A DNA stretch of 14,556 nt from an uncultured bacterium (lineage in GTDB: Bacteria > Gemmatimonadota > Gemmatimonadetes > Gemmatimonadales > Gemmatimonadaceae): positions 1 to 14,556 of the forward strand of contig CAXBQP010000063.1 of NCBI GenBank assembly GCA_963978095.1, read 5' to 3'. Below, one piece after another: positions 1 to 8,231 of this stretch (positions are counted from its first letter, which is position 1; each line of letters starts with the position of its first letter). The translations under genes were made by a program, and so were the position numbers. A model generated the notes under the pieces. It saw nothing but the letters and a program-made list of their open reading frames with translations. It searched no databases and was not told the origin of the DNA.

Positions 1-135
1 GGGGCGTGCGAGTTGGTGCTCGAGGCGCTGGTGGCGCGCCGGCGGTTGAGCCGGAGCGATCAGGGGCAGTATGCGAGGGCGGCGCGGGAGGAGGGGCGGC
101 GGCGGCGGGGGAATCCGGAAGACGGGATTTCCTAA
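1..135 (+). CDS. C-terminal fragment of a probable Mg-chelatase ChlI-like / Rv0958-type AAA+ ATPase (5'-truncated by window edge)
   Basis: Frame +1 is open from base 1 to TAA at 133-135 and reads GACELVLEALVARRRLSRSDQGQYARAAREEGRRRRGNPEDGIS*. The ACELVLEAL...RRLSR segment resembles, from memory, the C-terminal helix of the Rv0958-like ATPases that partner Rv0959-like vWA proteins, and such a vWA gene lies 1.5 kb downstream. It is absent from the ORF track because it has no start codon in the window. Confidence 0.65.
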   Translation, partial: GACELVLEALVARRRLSRSDQGQYARAAREEGRRRRGNPEDGIS

Positions 136-246
136 GAGAGATTCTTGATTGTGCGATCGTGAACGAACCCTGTGAATCCCTGGCCCAGTGCGACGGGATT
201 GCCGGAGTCGCGGTGAGCGCGAAGATGCGTGGCACACGCCTGCGCC

Positions 247-1482
247 CTACGCCTCCCGCACCTCCGGATACCGCCGGAATGCCCAGACCGTGAACGTGAA
301 CATCACCGCCGCCATCCCGCCGATCGCCCACGCGGAGCTGCTCTGGCGTGCCACCCAGCCGGCGAAGAACGACCCGATGGGATTCATCCCCACGTACACC
401 ATCACGTAGATCGACATCACCCGCCCGCGCAGTTCATTGGGTACGCGTGACTGCAGGAGCGAGTTGATGATGGCGTTGTTCGTGATCGCCGCGAGCCCGC
501 AGAGGAAGAGCATGAGTCCGCTCAGTACCGGCGACGCACTGACCGCGAACACCATGATCGCGACCCCCAAGCCCAGCGTCGACATGGTGAGCATCTGCCC
601 GCGCGGCAGCAGTTGCCCCGCTCCAGCGATCGCCAGTGCGCCCGCCAGCGCACCCGCGCCGAAGCACATCATCAACGCGCCGTAGCCGCCCGCATCGAGA
701 TGCAGATGGTCGCGCGCCATCACGGGGAGCAACGTCAGCACCGGGATGCTCAGGAGCGAGAATACCGTTACCATGCGCATCAGGATCCACATCACGCGGT
801 CGCCGCGAACATACCGCACGGCCTCCTTGAGCCCTTCGATCGGCGAGCCATGCGTCGGCGTCGATACCGACGGGTCCGACGGTGGCAGCTTGATCAACGT
901 CAGCCCGATCAGCACTGAGAGATAACTCAACGCATTGAACCCGAAGCACCACGCCAATCCGAGCTGCGCGATCACCAACGCAGCGAGGCTTGGCCCCACG
1001 ATGCGCGCCAGATTGAACCCTCCGGAGTTCAGCGCGATGGCGTCGAGCAGATCGTCCTTGTTCACGAGGTCGATGATCAAACTCTGCCGCGCGGGGATCT
1101 CGAAGGCCGCGAGGGTGCCGCCAAGCAGCGAGAGCGCCACGAGCCAGTGGATCGTCATGTGACCGGACCAGGCGAACCACCAAATGACAGTCGCCTCGAT
1201 CAGCATCGCGCCCTGCGCCAACCGGACGAGCTTCAGCTTGTGGGTGCGATCCGCGAGCACCCCGGCAGGGAGCGACAACAAGAGGATCGGGAAGGACCCC
1301 GCCGCGCTCACCAAGCCCACCATGAAGGGATCATTGGAGAGCTCGAGCGCGAGCCACCCCACCGCGACCTGCTGCATCCAGGTCCCGATCAGCGAGATCG
1401 TTTGCCCGACGAAAAAGAGCCGAAAATTCCGATGCCGCCCAAGGATCCTGAATGGGTTGAAGGTGCGGACGGAGGTGGCCAT
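247..1482 (-). CDS. MFS transporter (MFS_3 / DUF894, H+ antiporter-like)
   Basis: 411 aa with about 12 hydrophobic segments. Family-typical N-terminus RNFRLFFVGQTISLIGTWMQQVA, motif-A-like GVLADR, plus PARQSLI, AIALNS...FNLARIVGP and LRGRVMS. Confidence 0.93.
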   Translation of the reverse strand: MATSVRTFNPFRILGRHRNFRLFFVGQTISLIGTWMQQVAVGWLALELSNDPFMVGLVSAAGSFPILLLSLPAGVLADRTHKLKLVRLAQGAMLIEATVIWWFAWSGHMTIHWLVALSLLGGTLAAFEIPARQSLIIDLVNKDDLLDAIALNSGGFNLARIVGPSLAALVIAQLGLAWCFGFNALSYLSVLIGLTLIKLPPSDPSVSTPTHGSPIEGLKEAVRYVRGDRVMWILMRMVTVFSLLSIPVLTLLPVMARDHLHLDAGGYGALMMCFGAGALAGALAIAGAGQLLPRGQMLTMSTLGLGVAIMVFAVSASPVLSGLMLFLCGLAAITNNAIINSLLQSRVPNELRGRVMSIYVMVYVGMNPIGSFFAGWVARQSSSAWAIGGMAAVMFTFTVWAFRRYPEVREA

Positions 1483-1526
1483 GGTGGTAATCTCGCTCTC
1501 GGGAGACGCCGTTTGCAGGGTTCGGC

Positions 1527-1555
1527 CGCAAGTCCCTATTGTTCAAAGACTTGCG
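1527..1555. promoter_or_regulatory. Perfect 8-bp inverted repeat CGCAAGTC-N13-GACTTGCG in the divergent MFS/vWA intergenic region; candidate protein-binding site
   Basis: Arms at 1527-1534 and 1548-1555 flank an AT-rich spacer (cctattgttcaaa) in otherwise GC-rich DNA. Confidence 0.4.
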
Positions 1556-1637
1556 CGGTCTGATGAGCGTCGAATGGGAACCAACGACCGGGCGCATCGG
1601 TTTCCCTTCCAGCGACAATCCGCTTGATTTCGGGTAG

Positions 1638-1644
1638 AAAGGAG
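1638..1644 (+). promoter_or_regulatory. Shine-Dalgarno sequence of the vWA gene
   Basis: AAAGGAG lies 4 nt upstream of ATG 1649. Confidence 0.75.
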
Positions 1645-1648
1645 ACGC

Positions 1649-2929
1649 ATGCGCGCCCATACCTACACCAAGTTCAGTCCTGAGGCCGCCGACCAGGTGG
1701 ACCTCCAGTCGTTGCTGGACAACTTGGCCGACTTCCTGTTGCAGTCGGGCTTCGCCGGAGGCGCGCAGTACCACCCGTACTGGGGGGAGACTGGGGACGA
1801 CGCCGACAAGTCGCTCGACGGCCTGCGCCAAGCCATTCTCGACGCTCTGATCCAAAGCGGGCAGTTCACCCCGGAGATGCTCGAAGCGCTCCGTGGCGAC
1901 GGCGACGATCTCTCCGAGGAGAAACTCGCCCAACTGCTCGACGACATCGTCAAGCGCCTGATGGAGGAAGGGTTCCTCAAAATGGAGAACCCGCCGGAGA
2001 TGCCCGCTGGCCACCAGTCGGTCACCGGCAAGGGGGGGCTTGCCCAGCAGGCGGCCAAGGACGTCCAGTTCAACCTCACCGACAAGGGCGTCGATTTCCT
2101 CGGCTATAAAGCCCTGCGCGGAATCCTCTCCTCGCTCGGGAAATCCAGCTTCGGCTCGCACGACACCCCGTGGCTCTCGACCGGGATCGAGTCCGACGGG
2201 TGGAGCAAGCCCTACGAGTTCGGTGACGTGCTCAACCTCGACGTCAACGAGACGCTCAAGAACGCCCTCGCCCGCAACGGGAACCTCGACGTCCCGATTG
2301 ATCTTGACTACCGCGACCTGATGGTGCGACAGGCCGAATACCGGTCGAGCTGCGCCACGGTGCTGATGCTCGACTGCTCGCACTCGATGATCCTCTACGG
2401 CGAGGACCGTTTCACTCCCGCCAAGAAAGTCGCGCTCGCGCTCACGCACCTCATCAGGACGCAGTTCCCGGGCGATACTCTGAAAGTGGTCCTCTTCCAC
2501 GACTCTGCCGAGGAGATCCCGCTGGCCACGCTGGCTGGCGCGCAGGTCGGTCCCTATCACACGAACACGGCCGAGGGGCTGAAGATCGCCCGTCGGCTGC
2601 TGATGGCACAGAAGAAGGACATGCGCCAGATCGTGATGATCACCGACGGCAAGCCCAGCGCATTGACGATGCCGGACGGGCAGATCTACAAGAACGCGAT
2701 GGGGTTGGACGCCTGGGTGTTGCAGGAGACGCTGAAGGAGGTCACGGACTGCCGGCGCTCCGGGATCATGGTGAATACCTTCATGCTCGCGCGCGACCCG
2801 GCGTTGGTGCAGTTCGTGAAGATGGTCTCGAGCATCACCCGCGGCCGGGCCTATTTCACGAATACGATGTCCCTTGGACAGTTCATCCTCATGGACTTCC
2901 TGAAACGAAAGACCAAGTCGGTCTCGTAG
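1649..2929 (+). CDS. vWA domain-containing protein (Rv0959-like partner of a chelatase-type AAA+ ATPase)
   Basis: 426 aa with an acidic helical N-terminus. The C-terminal vWA domain has a complete MIDAS: LDCSHSM (DxSxS), HTNT and ITDG. The pre-vWA linker KPYEFGD...[10 protein letters not shown] is typical. Strong RBS. Confidence 0.9.
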   Translation: MRAHTYTKFSPEAADQVDLQSLLDNLADFLLQSGFAGGAQYHPYWGETGDDADKSLDGLRQAILDALIQSGQFTPEMLEALRGDGDDLSEEKLAQLLDDIVKRLMEEGFLKMENPPEMPAGHQSVTGKGGLAQQAAKDVQFNLTDKGVDFLGYKALRGILSSLGKSSFGSHDTPWLSTGIESDGWSKPYEFGDVLNLDVNETLKNALARNGNLDVPIDLDYRDLMVRQAEYRSSCATVLMLDCSHSMILYGEDRFTPAKKVALALTHLIRTQFPGDTLKVVLFHDSAEEIPLATLAGAQVGPYHTNTAEGLKIARRLLMAQKKDMRQIVMITDGKPSALTMPDGQIYKNAMGLDAWVLQETLKEVTDCRRSGIMVNTFMLARDPALVQFVKMVSSITRGRAYFTNTMSLGQFILMDFLKRKTKSVS

Positions 2930-2936
2930 GGACATC

Positions 2937-4109
2937 GTGAGACGCATCCTCGGTGCCCTGCCCGTGCTGCTGACGGTCGCGCTCAGCGCCGTCGAGGCGA
3001 AACCTGTGCGTACGGGGTCGTTGGGCGGTCCGACGGTGAAACCGGACACCGTGACGGACACGACGTTCTACATCACCAATCGTGCTCGGCGCGGTGGTGC
3101 GTTGCAGCGGGCACGCAGCGACTCGTTGGAGTTCGGTCTGGTGGTGGTGCGGTTCACGCACGTCCCGTCGACCGCACTGGCGGACCAGTTGTTGCGACCG
3201 CTCTCGTCGAAACTCGTGGACTCGGTACGCCTGTCGCGCGAGGAGTTCGTGCGTGCGCTCCGCGACGCGGACGAGCGGAGTGCGGCGACGGGGGATGGCG
3301 CAGTGCTGTACGTACATGGCTATGCCACCTCATTCCGCCGCGGGATCTCGCAGGCATCGGAGATCATGCATCGCGGACGGACCGAGGGGCCGCTCGTCGT
3401 ATTCTCGTGGCCCGCGCACCGCGCCCTGGCCACGATGCCCACGCGCCGCGCACTCATTTCGGGAGCGTACCGCGAGGATTCCGTCATGGCGGCCGCGAGC
3501 CAGCTTGCATTGCGCGAGGCGGTCGCGGTGGTGCTGAGTGCCACGCGACCTGGCACGCTGACGCTGCTGGGCCACAGCATGGGAGCGCAGCTGCTGGCGG
3601 AGTCACTCCGCGGCGAGACCGCGTTGCGCGAAACGCTCACCGCGCAGCCGGCGCGGGCGCTGGTGTTCTTCGCCGCCGATATCCCAGCACAGCGGTTCCG
3701 GGATTCGCTCGCCACGCCGGTCGTGCGCCTGGCGCAACGCCGCGTGATCTACACGGCCAGCAACGACCGCATGCTCAGCATCTCGCGCGTGGTCAACCGC
3801 GCGCCGCGGGTGGGCCAAGCCGACGCGGCACGCTTGCTGGGCGCCGAGGACATCGAGATCGTGGATGTCACCGCCGGGGTCCGCTCCGACGGCTTCTGGC
3901 GGTCGCTCGTCGATCCACACCATGGTATGCGCTTCGCCGGAAGCGCACTCTACGATTTCTTTGGCGTCATGCGCGGGATACCGGCCAGTTGCCGAGTGAG
4001 TGTCGGGATCGCGACGATGGCCGGGGAGCGCGTGTGGCGACTCACGAAGACGCCGATCCCGGCGGCGCTCGGCGCGTGCAGTATCACGGACTCCGACTTG
4101 CACGAATGA
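2937..4109 (+). CDS. Secreted alpha/beta hydrolase, DUF900 family
   Basis: Signal-peptide-like N-terminus (MRRILGALPVLLTVALSAVEA). Motifs FYITNR, YVHGY (oxyanion), FSWP, GHSMG (nucleophile elbow), YTASNDRML and a C-terminal His. GTG start 7 nt after the vWA stop. Confidence 0.88.
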   Translation: MRRILGALPVLLTVALSAVEAKPVRTGSLGGPTVKPDTVTDTTFYITNRARRGGALQRARSDSLEFGLVVVRFTHVPSTALADQLLRPLSSKLVDSVRLSREEFVRALRDADERSAATGDGAVLYVHGYATSFRRGISQASEIMHRGRTEGPLVVFSWPAHRALATMPTRRALISGAYREDSVMAAASQLALREAVAVVLSATRPGTLTLLGHSMGAQLLAESLRGETALRETLTAQPARALVFFAADIPAQRFRDSLATPVVRLAQRRVIYTASNDRMLSISRVVNRAPRVGQADAARLLGAEDIEIVDVTAGVRSDGFWRSLVDPHHGMRFAGSALYDFFGVMRGIPASCRVSVGIATMAGERVWRLTKTPIPAALGACSITDSDLHE

Positions 4110-4792
4110 TCGTCAGTTCGGCGCTCCAATCCGGGATTTCGGCGGCCCTCTCGGCGGCGATGCTCGGCTTCTTGCTCGGCCTTCGTCATGCGACCGACGC
4201 CGACCACGTGGTAGCGGTGACAGCCATCGTCGCGCGCGAACGCACGCTCGGACGCGCAGCACGCGTCGGCGCACTCTGGGGGCTTGGCCATTCGCTCACG
4301 TTGCTGTTGGTTGGAGGCGCGATCGTGCTGTTCCGATTGGTGATTCCGCCGCGGCTCGGTCTCGGCTTGGAGTTCGGCGTTGCGCTGATGTTGATCCTTC
4401 TCGGGTTCGACAACCTGCGGGACAAGTCCGATCCGCATTCGCACGGCGCCGGCCTCGGCACAACCGGATTCCGCCCCGTCGTCATCGGCGTTGTGCACGG
4501 GCTCGCCGGCTCCGCGGCCGTCGCGCTCCTCGTGCTGGCGACCATCCGGGAGACGGGATGGGCGCTCGCGTACCTCGCAGTCTTCGGCATCGGGACCATC
4601 GCCGGGATGATGATCGTCACGGTCGTGCTCGCGGCACCGGCCCTGTACGCGACGACACGCGTCGTCCGATTCCAGCGTGGAATCCGTGTGGCGGCGGGCG
4701 CCTTGAGTCTGTTGTTCGGTGTACTGCTCGCGCGCCAGATCATCCTGACCAACGGATTGTTTGGTGCAGCGCCGACCTGGAGCCCCCGCTAG
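4106..4792 (+). CDS. Nickel/cobalt permease, NiCoT-related (UreH/HupN-like)
   Basis: GLRHATDADH matches the NiCoT TMD-II signature RHAxDADH. Also GLGHS, GVVHGLAGS, a short His loop (DPHSHG) and about 6 TM segments. The start is reassigned from 3407 to ATG 4106, which overlaps the upstream TGA (ATGA), giving 228 aa. Confidence 0.87.
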   Translation: MIVSSALQSGISAALSAAMLGFLLGLRHATDADHVVAVTAIVARERTLGRAARVGALWGLGHSLTLLLVGGAIVLFRLVIPPRLGLGLEFGVALMLILLGFDNLRDKSDPHSHGAGLGTTGFRPVVIGVVHGLAGSAAVALLVLATIRETGWALAYLAVFGIGTIAGMMIVTVVLAAPALYATTRVVRFQRGIRVAAGALSLLFGVLLARQIILTNGLFGAAPTWSPR

Positions 4793-4810
4793 GCCCGGGA
4801 CGAGGGACGG

Positions 4811-5503
4811 TCAGGGACGATGATGCTCGTCCGTGGAGATCGCCTTCCAGTTCCCCGTGTGCAGCCAATGCGGCCGCGGGAGCGTCGTGCCCTGCCAGAG
4901 CGCGCTCAGCCGCAGCAGGACGGTGATGGTGACCGCGATCACGGCCGCGCGGGAATCGCTGATGCTCTCGATGTGCAGCAGTCCGAGGTAGATGGACGCA
5001 CCGAACAACGCCGCCACCGATTGCAACCGCCCGTGCTTGAAGAGCTGCGGAATCTCGTTGATCACCAGGTCTCGGATCACCCCGCCCCCGTTGCTGGTGA
5101 TCACGCCAAGCAGGGCACAGATGACGGCCGGCATGCCCGCGCGCACGGCTAGCGCCGTCCCTGACACCGTGAAGAATCCGAGCCCGAGCGCGTCTATGAG
5201 GTCCGCGCGCGCGACCAGGGTGCGGCTCCATCGATACAGCTGCCGGCTGTAGACGAAGGGGATGCACAACCCCATGATCAACAGCACGTACTCCCAGCGC
5301 TCCACGAAGAAGAACGGCCGTCGATCGAGGATGAGATCACGGATCGCACCACCCCCGAACGAGGTGACGAGCGCGAGTGAATACACGCCGACCAGGTCCA
5401 TTTCCTTCTTGGCGGCGGTGATCATCGCCGAGAGCGCCGCCGTGACCACGGCCGCGCTTTCGAGGAGAAGCACCGGGTTCACACGCGGGAGGGGGATGGC
5501 CAT
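4811..5503 (-). CDS. UPF0126 / trimeric intracellular cation channel (TRIC) family membrane protein (YadS/YicG-like)
   Basis: Two internal repeats with GGGAIRDL and GGGVIRDL, plus DALGLG. About 7 TM segments, 230 aa. Confidence 0.9.
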   Translation of the reverse strand: MAIPLPRVNPVLLLESAAVVTAALSAMITAAKKEMDLVGVYSLALVTSFGGGAIRDLILDRRPFFFVERWEYVLLIMGLCIPFVYSRQLYRWSRTLVARADLIDALGLGFFTVSGTALAVRAGMPAVICALLGVITSNGGGVIRDLVINEIPQLFKHGRLQSVAALFGASIYLGLLHIESISDSRAAVIAVTITVLLRLSALWQGTTLPRPHWLHTGNWKAISTDEHHRP

Positions 5504-5509
5504 CCGTGA

Positions 5510-5518
5510 AAGATAGCA
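5510..5518 (-). promoter_or_regulatory. Extended -10 element (TGcTATCTT) for a leaderless TRIC mRNA
   Basis: The minus strand reads TGC-TATCTT-tcacgg-ATG. The TAnnnT box is 6 nt from the start codon and there is no SD sequence. Confidence 0.6.
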
Positions 5519-5528
5519 ACTTCCCGGT

Positions 5529-5534
5529 TACTTT
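5529..5534 (+). promoter_or_regulatory. -10 element (TACTTT) for a leaderless mutY mRNA
   Basis: TACTTT-ccgcgct-ATG(5542). The TAnnnT box is 7 nt from the start codon and there is no SD sequence. Confidence 0.55.
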
Positions 5535-5541
5535 CCGCGCT

Positions 5542-6366
5542 ATGCCCCGCCCTGTCACTCACGGTTCCTCGACAAGACCCACCCGGACGCCCGCTCGGCA
5601 GCCGACGAGAAGGGGGACGCGAGCAGCGGTCCGGCCTGCCTCCGCGGTGCCGCTCCCGAAGGCCGCGCAGGCGCAGGACTTCAGCGTACGACTCCGCCGA
5701 TGGTTCAGGCGGAACAGCCGCGACCTTCCGTGGCGCAGGACTCGCGACCCATACCACGTCCTGGTGTCGGAACTGATGCTCCAGCAGACGCAGGTATCGC
5801 GCGTGCTCGAGTTCTACGCCCGCTTCCTGGAGCGGTTTCCGACGTTGGAGGTCCTGGCCGCGGCGGCGCCCAAGCGCGTGATGGAATCGTGGGAAGGGCT
5901 CGGCTACTACGCACGGGCGCGGAACCTGCATGCGTTGTCGAAGCAGGTCACGGGTCCCGAAGGAAGCGGCACACTCCCGGCACACCACGAGGAACTCCGC
6001 AAGCTGCCCGGGATCGGTGCGTATACGGCGGGCGCGGTATCAAGTTTTGCCTTCGAACGACGCGCGGCATTGGTGGACACGAACGTCGCGCGGGTCTTGG
6101 CGCGGGTCTTCGCACCCGGTTTGAACCCCAAGCGTCCGCGCGATCTGACGCAGCTCTGGGGGATCGCCGAGGCGGTGCTGCCGCGCACGGGGCGGGCGTG
6201 CTGGACGCACAATCAGGCCGTGATGGAACTCGGCGCGCTGGTGTGCACGGCACGCGTGAAACGCTGCGAGGTATGCCCGCTGTCCGAGGTATGCGTGACG
6301 TTCGCGTCTGAAGCCGCGACCATCGTACCGACACGCCGTCGCAAGCGAAAGGCCCCGACGCGGTAG
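5542..6366 (+). CDS. mutY: A/G-specific adenine DNA glycosylase, short form (HhH-GPD + 4Fe-4S, no C-terminal OG-recognition domain)
   Basis: Motifs RDLPWR, DPYHVLVSELMLQQT (catalytic Glu), WEGLGYYARARNLH, LPGIGAYTA (HhH), VDTNVARV (catalytic Asp) and cluster motif C-x6-C-x2-C-x5-C (CTARVKRCEVCPLSEVC). ATG 5542 is preferred over GTG 5506. Confidence 0.88.
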   Translation: MPRPVTHGSSTRPTRTPARQPTRRGTRAAVRPASAVPLPKAAQAQDFSVRLRRWFRRNSRDLPWRRTRDPYHVLVSELMLQQTQVSRVLEFYARFLERFPTLEVLAAAAPKRVMESWEGLGYYARARNLHALSKQVTGPEGSGTLPAHHEELRKLPGIGAYTAGAVSSFAFERRAALVDTNVARVLARVFAPGLNPKRPRDLTQLWGIAEAVLPRTGRACWTHNQAVMELGALVCTARVKRCEVCPLSEVCVTFASEAATIVPTRRRKRKAPTR

Positions 6367-6381
6367 CGTCGAGGCCTTTCG
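6346..6381. terminator. Probable bidirectional intrinsic terminator between convergent mutY and gltA
   Basis: 16-bp stem CGAAAGGCCCCGACGC / GCGTCGAGGCCTTTCG with a 4-nt loop. Its single mismatch becomes a U-G pair on the minus (gltA) strand. Short TTTC ends on both strands. Confidence 0.7.
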
Positions 6382-6404
6382 TCCCGCGATCCGACTCGCG
6401 GCGC

Positions 6405-7739
<1,335 letters not shown>

Positions 7740-7818
7740 GGTTCGATTCCGTTATGCATCGGGTGAGTGGCTCACGCGGCGGTCGCAGTGCTCCCGCGAA
7801 GAGCTGAGCCATGCGTTA

Positions 7819-7824
7819 ATAGTA
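7819..7824 (-). promoter_or_regulatory. Candidate -10 element (TACTAT) for gltA; predicted TSS near 7812
   Basis: The minus strand reads gaTACTATtaacgcATG in a local AT-rich patch about 80 nt upstream of the gltA start. No clear -35. Confidence 0.5.
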
Positions 7825-8171
7825 TCGTCGGTATCCGGTATAGGGGATGCCCCCGTGCAGTCGTCCCCGCGGAAGGCGAGTCCCGTCGCGTTACCGTTGG
7901 GCGAAACGAGGTCGCCCACGAGCGCCCTCCGTCATGGTATACCCAGCGCTGGACTGCCTTTTCGCCCCCCTTCAGGGTGGTCCTGGTCGTCTTGCCCGGG
8001 CGATCGTCCGCCACGGGTGTTCATGACGCCGCCTGTGGCGGCGGCGTGATGGTGGGACGGGCGACCGCTGTCAACACCGTGGGTTAGCTGCTCATCCGCT
8101 TCGGTGCCGTGATGGAGCCGATGGTGAAACGCTGGTACCTCGCGCGCTTTCACGCGTGGCCGTGGCCACCC

Positions 8172-8212
8172 AACAGAAACGGGCGGCCACCAATGTGCGG
8201 TGGACGCCCGTT
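8172..8212 (-). terminator. Rho-independent terminator of the amidohydrolase-tricorn operon
   Basis: The minus strand reads AACGGGCGtCCACCG-cacat-TGGTGGcCGCCCGTT followed by TCTGTT. It starts about 20 nt after the S41 protease stop codon. Confidence 0.75.
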
Positions 8213-8231
8213 CCGGTGACCTGACCGACGA

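Noticed and set aside
175..200. Imperfect hairpin AATCCC...GGGATT between the convergent ATPase and MFS genes
   Set aside because: Short bulged stem without a U-tract. It could be a weak terminator but is not supportable.
6..293. 95-aa plus-strand ORF from the track
   Set aside because: Frame +1 (1-135) gives the more protein-like, family-like sequence. This frame is low complexity and overlaps the MFS gene.
1331..3061. 576-aa minus-strand ORF
   Set aside because: Antisense shadow of the well-supported vWA gene. No recognisable motifs, and long shadow ORFs are expected at high GC.
3407..4105. N-terminal 233-aa extension of the Ni/Co permease ORF
   Set aside because: Overlaps the DUF900 gene out of frame and reads as Arg/Ala/Gly-rich noise. 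The ATGA-coupled start at 4106 fits the family length.
5506..5541. GTG 5506 as the mutY start
   Set aside because: Only 2 nt from the divergent gene's ATG and overlapping both -10 boxes. ATG 5542 fits leaderless geometry.
7767..8153. Small ORFs in the gltA-tricorn intergenic region (7767-8087 +, 7772-8014 -, His-rich 7932-8153 -)
   Set aside because: GTG starts, no convincing SD and no recognisable family, so they cannot be supported as genes.
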